Source: Kaustia mangrovi
Lineage (GTDB): Bacteria > Pseudomonadota > Alphaproteobacteria > Rhizobiales > Im1
Assembly: GCF_015482775.1 (NCBI RefSeq)
Contig: NZ_CP058214.1
Span: forward strand, 1,846,272-1,878,271
Direction of reading: 5' to 3'
DNA length: 32,000 nt
Positions 1 to 9,028 of this stretch are shown one piece after another. The first letter of the stretch is position 1. Every line of letters starts with the position of its first letter. Under the pieces are notes generated by a model. That model saw only the letters and a program-made list of their open reading frames with translations. It was not told the origin of the DNA and made no database searches. The translations under genes and the position numbers were made by a program.

Positions 1-2
1 AT

Positions 3-611
3 CTGCGGTTCCATGATCTCGACGCCGCAGGCGACACGCCCGAAGGCGGCATTGTCGAAACGCGGGTCTGGCGTTCAGGCGACAGCGGCCGCCAACGCAT
101 GGCCCTGGTCGGCCGCTCCGATCTCAACGTAGAAGCCCAGATCGGTGCCAACGGCGCGACCTGGCTCGACCGCCTGCAACTGGCAAGGGATCAGACGCCG
201 CTCAGCATGGGCGGGTTCGGCGCCGAAGTTCGGGAGGCGCTGGAGCGGCGTGGCAATCATCTTGTCGCCGAGGGATTGGCTGAGCGGAACGGCCAACGCA
301 TCACCTTTGCCCGCGACCTTCTGAAGACGCTGCGCGAACGCGAGCTCGACACGACGGCGGCGAAGATCGAAGCCGAGACGGGCCTGCCCCGTCGCAACTC
401 CGCCGAGGGCGAGCGCGTCACCGGGACCTATCGCCAGCGCCTCGACCTCGCCTCGGGCCGTTTCGCCATGGTCGACGATGGCCTCGGCTTCGAACTCGTG
501 CCCTGGAAGCCCCAGCTCGAACGCCATCTCGGTCAAACCGTGTCGGGGACGATGACGCCCGGCGGCGGGATTGACTGGAGCCTCGGCCGCAAACGAGGCC
601 TCAGCCTCTGA
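3..611 (+). CDS. Conjugative relaxase, C-terminal part (DUF3363-type region); 5' end lies outside the window
   Basis: Frame 3 is open from the first bases of the window to the stop at 609-611; the ORF track only shows it from an internal Met at 99. The sequence GATWLDRLQLARDQTPLSMGGFGAEVREALERRG...GTYRQRLDLASGRFAMVDDGLGFELVPWKPQLERHLGQTVSG...GIDWSLGRKRGLSL matches my recollection of the C-terminal DUF3363 region of ICE relaxases encoded directly upstream of traG. Confidence 0.7.
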   Translation: MRFHDLDAAGDTPEGGIVETRVWRSGDSGRQRMALVGRSDLNVEAQIGANGATWLDRLQLARDQTPLSMGGFGAEVREALERRGNHLVAEGLAERNGQRITFARDLLKTLRERELDTTAAKIEAETGLPRRNSAEGERVTGTYRQRLDLASGRFAMVDDGLGFELVPWKPQLERHLGQTVSGTMTPGGGIDWSLGRKRGLSL

Positions 612-634
612 GCGCTGTACCGGAAGGAGAAGAC

Positions 635-2643
635 ATGCCGATCAAGACCCAGCAAACGCAGGCTGCCAGGATCCTCTGGGGCCAGATCATCATCGTCACT
701 CTGGTCGCCGTCAGTTTCATCTGGGCGGCGACGCAGTGGACGGCGTGGCGGTTGGGCTTTCAGCCTCAGTTCGGCGCGCCGATGACGGAGGTCCTCGGCT
801 GGCCTGTCTATCCGCCCTGGAGCTTCTTTGTCTGGTGGTACTTCTATGACGCCTATGCACCACGCGTGTTCGTCGAAGGTGCCATCATCGCCGGCAGTGG
901 CGGGATTGCCGCGATCGCCGTCGCCATTTTTCTCTCCGTCCTACGCGCCCGCGAGGCCCGGGACGTGACCACCTATGGCTCGGCCCGCTGGGCGGAACGC
1001 AGGGATGTCGAAGCGTCCGGACTGCTCACCCCCGACGGTGTGGTGCTCGGCCGCTTCGAGAACCGCTATCTCCGGCATGACGGTCCCGAGCATGTCCTGT
1101 GTTTTGCGCCAACCCGCTCCGGCAAGGGCGTCGGGCTCGTGGTGCCGAGCCTGCTGACCTGGCCGGGCTCGGCCATCGTCCATGACATCAAGGGCGAGAA
1201 CTGGGATCTCACGGCCGGCTGGCGATCGCGCTTTTCCCGCACCCTCCTGTTCGATCCGACCGATGCGAAGAGCGCGGCCTACAATCCGCTGCTCGAAGTC
1301 CGGCGCGGCGACAGCGAGGTGCGCGACGTTCAGAACATCGCCGATATCCTGGTCGACCCCGAAGGCCTGCTCGAACGCCGGAACCATTGGGAGAAGACAA
1401 GCCATTCGCTGCTTGTCGGCGCGATCCTCCATGTCCTCTATGCCGAAGCCGACAAGACGCTCGCCGGCGTCGCCGCCTTGCTCTCCGATCCAGGACGACC
1501 GGTCGAGTCGACGCTTGCAGCCATGATGCGCACGCCCCATCTCGGCGACCGACCGCACCCGGTCGTGGCGCAAGCCGCCCGCGAACTGCTCAACAAGGCC
1601 GAGAACGAACGCTCGGGCGTGCTGTCGACCGCGATGAGCTTCCTCAGCCTCTATCGTGACCCGGTCGTCGCCAAGGTCACCAGCCGCTGTGATTGGCGGA
1701 TCGAGGATCTTGTTTCCGGGGCCGGCCGACAACGCTCTATCTCGTCGTGCCGCCCTCCGATATCAGCCGCACCAAGCCGCTGGTCCGGCTCGTGCTGAAC
1801 CAGATCGGACGCAGGCTGACTGAAGAACTGAACACTGACGGTAAGCGCCATCGCCTGTTGCTGATGCTCGACGAGTTTCCGGCGCTCGGACGGCTCGATT
1901 TCTTCGAAAGCCAACTCGCCTTCATGGCGGGCTATGGGCTCAAGGCTTTCCTCATCACCCAGTCCCTCAATCAGATCGAGAAGGCCTATGGCCAGAACAA
2001 CGCCATCCTCGACAACTGCCATGTCCGGGTGAGTTTCGCGACCAATGACGAGCGCACCGCAAAGCGCGTTTCCGACGCCCTCGGCATGGCAACCGAGATG
2101 CGGGCCATGAAGAACTATGCCGGGCACAGATTGTCGCCCTGGCTCGGCCATCTCATGGTCTCGCGGCAGGAAACAGCGCGCGCGCTGATGACTCCCGGAG
2201 AGATCATGCAATTGCCGCCGGACGACGAGATCGTGCTCGTCTCCGGCGTACCGCCGATCCGGGGGAAGAAGGCGCGTTACTATGCCGACCCGCAGTTCAA
2301 GTCACGCATCGTCGAACCGCCGCAACTGGTTGCCGATCACGCCGCGCCCGACAAACCGCAAACGGATGATTGGAGCGGACAAGCTACCATCGCTGCGCCC
2401 AAGCCCGGGAAGAAGGCCGTCCGCGAGGGGAATGAGGACAGTGACGGCGGCATCCGTCGCGAACCGGAACTGCCCGAGCATGAAGACATCGCACCGGAAC
2501 GAACAACGCCGGCACGGGAAGAATTTGCAGGCCTCGACGATGAGCCGGATGATGATGCGCAGCGTGCCCGGCAGATGCAGGGACGGTTCAAAAGCGTCGC
2601 GCGCCAAGCCTCTCTCGATCCCGATGACGGCATCGAACTTTGA
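635..2643 (+). pseudogene. traG: TraG/VirD4-family type IV coupling protein, interrupted by a frameshift (two ORF pieces, 635-1798 and 1693-2643)
   Basis: The N-terminal piece has TM segments and Walker A (FAPTRSGKGVGLVVPSLL). The C-terminal piece has LYLVVPPSDISRTKPL and the Walker B-like LLLMLDEFPALG. Homology leaves frame 2 after WRIEDLVSG (codon 1718-1720) and resumes in frame 1 at RPTTLYLVV (codon 1723-), with only 2 nt between them. The RBS ggaaggag precedes ATG 635. Confidence 0.85.
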
Positions 2644-2651
2644 GATTCGCC

Positions 2652-3071
2652 ATGAAAAAGGACCGACTCAATGTCTATTTCGACCCATCGCTGACAGCGG
2701 AGCTGGAAGCGTTGGCAGCACGTCGCAAGGTTTCCAAATCGCAGGTCGTGGAGGCGGCGCTCGCCTCTTATCTTTCGCCGGATGCCGCTGACCAGCGCGA
2801 GGCCGCTATCACCCGGCGGCTTGATCGGCTGACCCGCGCCGTCGAACGCCTGGAGCGCAACCAGACGATCACCACGGAGGCGCTAGCGCTGTTTGTACGG
2901 TTCTGGTTGACGACGACTCCGCCGCTGCCCGACACAAACCGCGAGGCGGCGCAAGCCAAAGGCCGGGAGCGCTATGAGGGTTTTGTGGAGACGCTCGGCC
3001 GGCGTCTTGCCAAGGGGAATACGCTGGTTAAGGAAGTTTCGGAGGACATCACAGGTCATGGATCCGAGTAG
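2652..3071 (+). CDS. Ribbon-helix-helix (CopG-like) protein typical of the position downstream of traG
   Basis: MKKDRLNVYFDPSLTAELEALAARRKVSKSQVVEAALASYL is an RHH-type N-terminus. ATG 2652 is preferred over the TTG at 2640 used by the ORF track. The position matches the traG-RHH-trbB order of ICE backbones. Confidence 0.7.
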   Translation: MKKDRLNVYFDPSLTAELEALAARRKVSKSQVVEAALASYLSPDAADQREAAITRRLDRLTRAVERLERNQTITTEALALFVRFWLTTTPPLPDTNREAAQAKGRERYEGFVETLGRRLAKGNTLVKEVSEDITGHGSE

Positions 3072-3108
3072 TGACAGCTTCGAGCCCACATCAGACTCAG
3101 ATCAGGCG

Positions 3109-3732
3109 CTATGCAGCACCCCGGCCGGGCTGGCGGCTGAAGAGAAGCAGCAGTCCAAAGGCAATCATGCCGCCCCCGGAGGCCCGTTGAAACCAATGTA
3201 GCTTCGTTGAAGCGAAGGCAGCCGCAAAACGTCCTGCCGTCGCGTAGATCAGTATCGCGATGGCTTCGAGCGCGATGAAGACAGCACCGAGCAGCGCGTA
3301 GCTCATCCAGTAATTCGACGTGTCGACGAACTGGGGAAAGAAGGCGGCGAAGATGAGGATTGCCTTGGGGTTGCTGATAGCCACAAGAGCCTCACCGCGG
3401 AACGCCCTATGAAGCGTTGGTTTCATGGCTTCGGCGTCCCAATCCGCCTCTCCCGGCACACTCCGTAGTAGTTTGATGCCCAGCCAGACGAGATACGCAG
3501 CGCCTACGATCTTCACCGCGTTGAAGACCAACGCAGAGGCCGACAGCAGTATGCCGAGGCCCAAAGCGCTTGCCGTGATCATCGGAACGAAGATACCCAA
3601 CCGGGCAAGACTTGCCGTGAATGCAAAGGGGACCCCTCTCTGTGCCCCATGGGTCATAGCGAGAAGGTTGTTCGGACCGAACGCGATATTTAGCGCGAAG
3701 CACGCGGGCAGGAACACGAGTAGATCGGGCAT
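3109..3732 (-). CDS. LysE/RhtB-family amino-acid (small-metabolite) exporter
   Basis: 207 aa and multi-TM. It has the family-typical N-terminus ...NIAFGPNNLLAMTHGAQRG and the central AAYLVWLGIKLL and NPKAILIFAAFFPQF motifs. Confidence 0.8.
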   Translation of the reverse strand: MPDLLVFLPACFALNIAFGPNNLLAMTHGAQRGVPFAFTASLARLGIFVPMITASALGLGILLSASALVFNAVKIVGAAYLVWLGIKLLRSVPGEADWDAEAMKPTLHRAFRGEALVAISNPKAILIFAAFFPQFVDTSNYWMSYALLGAVFIALEAIAILIYATAGRFAAAFASTKLHWFQRASGGGMIAFGLLLLFSRQPGRGAA

Positions 3733-3970
3733 GGTGGAAGTATCCTCGTCTTTCCTCCCCGTATGCCTGATCGAAGGTCAGCCTGCAAAGGCCCAAACCA
3801 AGGCCGCGAAGAAAGGTCAGCTTCGTCCGCAAAGCCACCTTCATTCGATCCTACACCTTACACAGCTTCCTGCCTTTATACGACACCGCCCTACTACGCC
3901 TTCGCGACTGTTGCCGATGACCAAATAACGGTCTTCTTGATGAGCCCCGTGACCAATTGCGGGGCCGCGA

Positions 3971-4954
3971 ATGACCGACCAACCTTTCAGAACCGAAGCG
4001 ATCGAGCGCGGCTCCCGCATGCTTCGCACGGCGCTCGGGCCGCATGTCGCCACCTGGCTTGCGGACCCGGGCGTCGTCGAGGTGATGCTCAACCCCGACG
4101 GCCGCCTGTGGGTCGACCGGCTGAGCGAAGGGCTGGCCGACACTGGCGAAAACCTTTCGGCGGCCGATGGCGAACGTATCGTGCGACTGGTCGCGCACCA
4201 TGTCGGCGCGGAAGTCCATGCCGGAGCCCCACGCGTCTCAGCGGAGCTGCCGGGAACAGGGGAGCGGTTCGAGGGCCTGTTACCGCCCGTGGTCGCCGCG
4301 CCGGTCTTTGCGATTCGCAAACCGGCCGTCGCAGTCTTTACGCTCGAAGATTATGTCGGCGCCGGGATCATGCCGGACGATGCAGTGGCGGCATTGCGCG
4401 ACGCCATCGCGTCGCGCGCCAATATCCTCGTCGCCGGAGGCACCTCGACCGGCAAGACCACGCTTACCAATGCGCTGCTGGCGGAAGTCGCCAAATCCTC
4501 CGACCGCGTCGTTCTGATCGAGGATACGCGCGAGCTCCAATGCCTGACGCCGAACCTCGTCGCTCTGCGAACCAAGGACAGCATCGCGTCGCTTTCCGAT
4601 CTCGTCCGCGCCTCGTTACGTCTGCGGCCTGATCGCATTCCGATCGGCGAGGTGCGCGGCGCCGAAGCGCTCGATCTTCTGAAGGCCTGGGGCACCGGCC
4701 ACCCCGGCGGCATCGGCACCATCCATGCAGGCTCAGCCCTCGGTGCGCTGCGCCGCCTCGAACAGCTCATCCAGGAAGCTGTCATCACCGTGCCCCGCGC
4801 GATGATCGCCGAGACGATCGACCTGATCGCCGTCCTCGCGGGCCGCGGATCGGCGCGACGGCTGTCCGAACTCGCCCGTGTCGAACGCCTCGATACGAGC
4901 GGCGACTACCAAATCCAACCGCTTCTTCACCCCCAGACAGGAGACCAACCATGA
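3971..4954 (+). CDS. trbB: P-type conjugative transfer ATPase TrbB (VirB11 family)
   Basis: 327 aa. It has Walker A ([17 protein letters not shown]), [10 protein letters not shown] and the [31 protein letters not shown] motifs characteristic of VirB11/TrbB. Confidence 0.93.
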   Translation: MTDQPFRTEAIERGSRMLRTALGPHVATWLADPGVVEVMLNPDGRLWVDRLSEGLADTGENLSAADGERIVRLVAHHVGAEVHAGAPRVSAELPGTGERFEGLLPPVVAAPVFAIRKPAVAVFTLEDYVGAGIMPDDAVAALRDAIASRANILVAGGTSTGKTTLTNALLAEVAKSSDRVVLIEDTRELQCLTPNLVALRTKDSIASLSDLVRASLRLRPDRIPIGEVRGAEALDLLKAWGTGHPGGIGTIHAGSALGALRRLEQLIQEAVITVPRAMIAETIDLIAVLAGRGSARRLSELARVERLDTSGDYQIQPLLHPQTGDQP

Positions 4955-5280
4955 CCAGAACCACCATTCTTTACCCACGCTGGCCGCTCTATGCGACGGC
5001 CCTCGCAGTCGGCGTTCTACTTGCTGCGCCCGCCCATGCGGCGGGCTCGGGCATGCCCTGGGAGGCACCGCTCCAATCGATCCTGGAATCGATTGAAGGA
5101 CCGGTCGCCAAAATCGTCGCTGTGATCATCATCATCATTACCGGTCTGACGCTCGCTTTCGGCGACTCCTCGGGCGGCTTCCGCCGGCTGGTGCAGATCG
5201 TCTTTGGCCTGTCGATCGCGTTCGCCGCATCGAGCTTCTTCCTGTCCTTCTTCTCCTTCGGCGGCGGAGCGCTGATCTGA
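4951..5280 (+). CDS. trbC: TrbC/VirB2-family pilin precursor
   Basis: 109 aa with a signal peptide ending AHA and two hydrophobic helices. The start forms an ATGA overlap with the trbB stop. Confidence 0.88.
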   Translation: MTRTTILYPRWPLYATALAVGVLLAAPAHAAGSGMPWEAPLQSILESIEGPVAKIVAVIIIIITGLTLAFGDSSGGFRRLVQIVFGLSIAFAASSFFLSFFSFGGGALI

Positions 5281-5549
5281 TGGAGGGCGCCGCCGAGATC
5301 CCGGGTTTTTACGCGCCCGTTCACCGCGCGCTGGTCGAACCGATCCTGCTCGGCGGCGCGCCGCGTGCGATCGCCATCGCCAACGGCACGCTCGCGGCCG
5401 CAGTCGGCCTTGGTCTCAGGCTCTGGGTGGTCGGGATCGCGCTCTGGCTCGTCGGCCATCTGCTCGCGGTCTGGGCTGCCAAGCATGACGCCCAGATCGT
5501 CGACGTTGCCCGGCGGCATCTTCGTTTTCCAACCTGGTTCGGAGTCTGA
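5280..5549 (+). CDS. trbD: TrbD (VirB3 family) conjugal transfer protein
   Basis: 89 aa, contains PVHRALVEPILLGGAPR, and has two TM helices. It shares a 1-nt overlap (TGATG) with trbC. Confidence 0.88.
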   Translation: MEGAAEIPGFYAPVHRALVEPILLGGAPRAIAIANGTLAAAVGLGLRLWVVGIALWLVGHLLAVWAAKHDAQIVDVARRHLRFPTWFGV

Positions 5550-5553
5550 GCGG

Positions 5554-8013
5554 ATGATGCGCCTCGCCGAATACCGCTCCAAAGCCTCCTTGCTCGCCGA
5601 CTTCCTGCCCTGGGCAGCGCTCATTGGGCCGGGCATCATCCTCAACAAGGACGGCAGCCTGCAGCGCACTGCCCGGTTTCGCGGACCGGACCTGGACTCC
5701 GCAACGCCGGCGGAACTTGTCGCTGTCTCGGGACGGCTGAACAATGCCCTGCGCCGGCTCGGCTCCGGCTGGGCTGTCTTCGTCGAAGCGCAACGACTGC
5801 CCGCCCGGGACTACCCACTCTCGCAATTTCCCGATCCTGTTTCGGCTCTCGTCGATGCCGAGCGGCGCGCCCAGTTCGAAGAAGCGTCGAGCCATTTCGA
5901 GAGCGCCTATTTCCTGACCTTCGTCTGGATGCCGCCGGCGGACGACGCCAGCCGCGCCGGGCGCTGGCTCTATGAGGACGCGCCAGACAAGGGCCCGAAC
6001 CCGCAGGAGCATGTCACAAGCTTTACCGCGCGCACGGATCGTCTGCTCGACCTCCTGGACGGCTTCATGCCGGAAGCGGTCTGGCTCTCCGACGAGGAGA
6101 CGCTGACCTATCTCCATTCGACGATTTCAACCCGGCGCCAGCGCGTGCGCGTCCCGGAAACGCCGATGCATCTCGACGCGCTCCTGGCCGACAGTGCGCT
6201 TGTCGGAGGATTGGCGCCGAAATTGGGTGACGAACATCTCCGTACGCTGACCATTATCGGTTTCCCGACCGCCACATGGCCAGGCCTGCTCGACGAACTC
6301 AACGGCCAGGTCTTCGAATATCGCTGGGTGACCCGCGCCGTCTGCCTCGACAAGACCGACGCGACCAGGCTCCTCACCCGCATTCGCCGACAGTGGTTCG
6401 CCAAGCGCAAATCCATCGCCGCGATCCTGAAGGAGGTGATGACCAACGAGGCCTCGACGCTGCTCGATTCCGACGCATCGAACAAGGCCGCCGACGCTGA
6501 CGAAGCCCTGCAGGAACTCGGCGCGGACATGGCGGGCGCCGCCTATGTCACGGCTACGCTGACGGTCTGGGACGAGGACGAAGCGGTCGCCGAGGCCAAG
6601 CTGAAAGCGGCCGAGAAGGTCATACAGGGTCGCGATTTCACCTGCATGCCGGAAACCGTCAACGCTATCGAAGCCTGGCTCGGTTCGCTGCCCGGCCACC
6701 TCTACGCCAATGTCCGCCAGCCGCCGGTCTCGACTCTCAATCTCGTGCATATCATCCCGATCTCGGCGGTGTGGGCGGGGCCGGCGCGCAACGATCATCT
6801 GGACGGCCCGCCGCTTTTCTATGCCGAGACGGAGGGCTCGACCCCGTTTCGCTTCTCGATGCATGTCGGCGATGTCGGCCATACGCTGGTCGTCGGCCCC
6901 ACCGGTTCGGGCAAGTCGGTCCTCCTGGCGCTGATGGCGCTGCAGTTTCGGCGCTATCCCGACGCGCAAGTGTTTGCCTTCGATTTCGGCGGTTCGATCC
7001 GCTGTGCGACGGTTGCCTGCGGGGGCGACTGGCAAGATCTCGCCGGGGCGCTGTCGGAGGATGAGGCGGCCGTCCAACTCCAGCCGCTCCGCAATATCGA
7101 CGAGACGAACGAGCGCGCCTGGGCGCAGGATTGGCTGTCCGGCTTGATCGCGCACGAAGGCGTCACTGTCGATCCGGTGGCGCGGGATCATCTCTGGTCG
7201 GCGCTGACCTCGCTCGCCTCGGCGCCGGTCGAGGAACGCACCCTGACGGGCCTCTCGGTTCTGTTGCAGTCGACCGAGCTCAAACAGGCGATGGCGCCAT
7301 TCTGTCTCGGCGGCCCCTTCGGACGGTTGCTGGACGCCGAGATCGAGGAACTGGGAACAGCCGACTTTCAGGCGTTCGAGACCGAAGGGCTGATCGGATC
7401 GGCCGCGACCCCCGCCGTGCTCGCCTATCTGTTCCATCGGATCGAGCAGCGCCTCGACGGACGCCCGAGCCTGATCATCGTCGACGAAGGCTGGCTCGCG
7501 CTCGATGACGGCACCTTCGGCGGTCAACTCCGCGAATGGCTGAAGACGCTGAGAAAGAAGAACGCCTCCGTCCTCTTCGCCACCCAGTCGCTGGCCGATA
7601 TCGACAATTCCGCTATCGCGCCCGCCATCGTCGAGAGCTGCCCGACGCGGATTTTTCTGCCGAACGAACGCGCTTTCGAGCCGCAGATCGCCGACATCTA
7701 TCGGCGCTTCGGTCTCAACGAACGCCAGATCGAGATCGTCGCGCGGGCCATGCCCAAGCGTGACTATTACTGCCAGTCGCGACGGGGCAATCGGCTCTTC
7801 TCGCTCGGTCTCGGTGAGGTCGCGCTCGCCTTCACCGCGGCATCCTCCAAAGCCGACCAGGCCGCCATCACCGACATCCTCGCCGAAAACGGGCGGGACG
7901 GCTTCGCCGCTACCTGGCTCGCCCGGTGCGGCCTCGACTGGGCCGTCGAACTGCTCGGCCCGGTCCCCGATCCAGATCCTTCACCTCAAACGCAGGAGAA
8001 TACAGATGCGTAA
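5554..8013 (+). CDS. trbE: TrbE (VirB4 family) conjugal transfer ATPase
   Basis: The ORF is open from 5365, but TrbE-like sequence begins at MMRLAEYRSKASLLADFLPW (ATG 5554, just after the trbD stop). It has Walker A (VVGPTGSGKSVLL) and Walker B (LIIVDEGW). About 819 aa. Confidence 0.93.
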   Translation: MMRLAEYRSKASLLADFLPWAALIGPGIILNKDGSLQRTARFRGPDLDSATPAELVAVSGRLNNALRRLGSGWAVFVEAQRLPARDYPLSQFPDPVSALVDAERRAQFEEASSHFESAYFLTFVWMPPADDASRAGRWLYEDAPDKGPNPQEHVTSFTARTDRLLDLLDGFMPEAVWLSDEETLTYLHSTISTRRQRVRVPETPMHLDALLADSALVGGLAPKLGDEHLRTLTIIGFPTATWPGLLDELNGQVFEYRWVTRAVCLDKTDATRLLTRIRRQWFAKRKSIAAILKEVMTNEASTLLDSDASNKAADADEALQELGADMAGAAYVTATLTVWDEDEAVAEAKLKAAEKVIQGRDFTCMPETVNAIEAWLGSLPGHLYANVRQPPVSTLNLVHIIPISAVWAGPARNDHLDGPPLFYAETEGSTPFRFSMHVGDVGHTLVVGPTGSGKSVLLALMALQFRRYPDAQVFAFDFGGSIRCATVACGGDWQDLAGALSEDEAAVQLQPLRNIDETNERAWAQDWLSGLIAHEGVTVDPVARDHLWSALTSLASAPVEERTLTGLSVLLQSTELKQAMAPFCLGGPFGRLLDAEIEELGTADFQAFETEGLIGSAATPAVLAYLFHRIEQRLDGRPSLIIVDEGWLALDDGTFGGQLREWLKTLRKKNASVLFATQSLADIDNSAIAPAIVESCPTRIFLPNERAFEPQIADIYRRFGLNERQIEIVARAMPKRDYYCQSRRGNRLFSLGLGEVALAFTAASSKADQAAITDILAENGRDGFAATWLARCGLDWAVELLGPVPDPDPSPQTQENTDA

Positions 8014-8746
8014 GAAACTCGCCGCTATATTGATGTCCAGCACCATCGCTGTCGCCGCGACCCAGCCGGCCCATGCACTGTTCGGCTTCGGCGACATCGT
8101 GTTCGATCCGTCGAATTACGCCGAAAACGTGCTTACCGCCGCGCGGACACTCGAACAGATCAACAATCAGATCAAGCAGCTCCAGAACGAAGCGCAGATG
8201 CTGATCAATCAGGCGCGCAATCTCGCGAGCCTGCCGCATTCCTCGCTCGCCCAGCTTCAGGCAACGATCGCCCGCACCCAGAATCTCCTGAACGAGGCGC
8301 AGAGCATCGCCTATCAGGTCTCCGAGATCGAAACAGCTTTCAACAAGCAGTATGGCGACGCGGCCGCGAACGGCGATTTCGCCGACATGATCGCCAACGC
8401 CGAAGCGCGCTGGCGCACCTCTGTCGCCGGATACGAGGACGCCCTGAAGGTTCAGGCGGGCGTGGTCGACAATATCGAAGGAACGCGCACCGAGCTCAGC
8501 AATCTTGTTTCCCAGAGCCAGGGCGCGACCGGCGCCCTGCAGGCAGCCCAGGCCGGTAATCAACTTCTCGCGCTGCAAAGTCAGCAGATGACCGATTTGA
8601 CCGCCGCCATCGCCGCGCAGAACCGCGCGCAGGCGCTGGACGCGGCTCGCCGGGCCTCCGCCGAGGCTCAGGCCCGCGAGAACCTTAATCGCTTCCTCGA
8701 CTATGGAACCGGCTACGCGCCGACCACCGTCACCATGTTCCGGTAG
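8006..8746 (+). CDS. trbJ: TrbJ (VirB5-like) conjugal transfer protein
   Basis: MRKKLAAILMSSTIAVAATQPAHA is a signal peptide, followed by the coiled-coil sequence FDPSNYAENVLTAARTLEQINNQIKQLQNEAQMLINQARNL. ATG 8006 overlaps the trbE stop by 8 nt. Confidence 0.9.
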   Translation: MRKKLAAILMSSTIAVAATQPAHALFGFGDIVFDPSNYAENVLTAARTLEQINNQIKQLQNEAQMLINQARNLASLPHSSLAQLQATIARTQNLLNEAQSIAYQVSEIETAFNKQYGDAAANGDFADMIANAEARWRTSVAGYEDALKVQAGVVDNIEGTRTELSNLVSQSQGATGALQAAQAGNQLLALQSQQMTDLTAAIAAQNRAQALDAARRASAEAQARENLNRFLDYGTGYAPTTVTMFR

Positions 8747-8752
8747 GGACCG

Positions 8753-9025
8753 ATGCGCCGCTCCCCCGACCATATTCTTCGGCTCATCGCCCTCGGCCTC
8801 GGCGGTCTCGCGGCGCTCTTCGCAGCCGTCGAGCTTGCCAACACCATCGCTCCGGAAGCGCCGGTGGAGCCGTCGGCGGGCGAAGATCCATTGCAGGAAG
8901 AACTAGCGCGGTGCCGGACGATGACGCCGGAAGATCTGGACACCGATACGGTCTGCCGCGCCGCTTGGGCCGAGCATCGTCGCCGCTTCCTCGGTCTGCC
9001 TGCCGACAATACCGAGGAGGAATAG
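8753..9025 (+). CDS. trbK: Putative entry-exclusion protein, TrbK-alt type
   Basis: 90 aa with one N-terminal TM helix. It has a conserved two-Cys segment ending ...CRAAWAEHRRRFLG and lies in the trbJ-trbL interval. Both features match my recollection of the TrbK-alt family. Confidence 0.7.
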   Translation: MRRSPDHILRLIALGLGGLAALFAAVELANTIAPEAPVEPSAGEDPLQEELARCRTMTPEDLDTDTVCRAAWAEHRRRFLGLPADNTEEE

Positions 9026-9028
9026 ACG

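Noticed and set aside
75-536. 153-aa minus-strand ORF opposite the relaxase 3' end
   Set aside because: It is antisense to a conserved relaxase C-terminal region and has no recognisable motif.
3100-3772. 7-bp inverted repeat (GATCAGG ... CCTGATC) flanking the backbone lysE gene, considered as possible insertion scars
   Set aside because: A 7-bp match across ~670 bp is expected by chance, and no adjacent direct repeats are present.
3944-3965. Hairpin GCCCCG-N10-CGGGGC five nt upstream of the trbB start codon
   Set aside because: It has only a 6-bp stem in GC-rich DNA with no flanking U-tract or obvious RBS sequestration logic, which is too weak to call.
5125-5139. (ATC)4ATT trinucleotide run in trbC, considered as a possible slipped-strand switch
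   Set aside because: It is in frame and encodes the Ile run of a pilin TM helix. Unit changes would not shift the frame, and the run is too short to call a contingency locus.
6127-7527. 466-aa ORF antisense to trbE
   Set aside because: It lies entirely within and opposite a strongly supported VirB4-family gene. The translation is Arg/Gly/Ala-rich with no recognisable motif. Long antisense ORFs are expected in GC-rich DNA.
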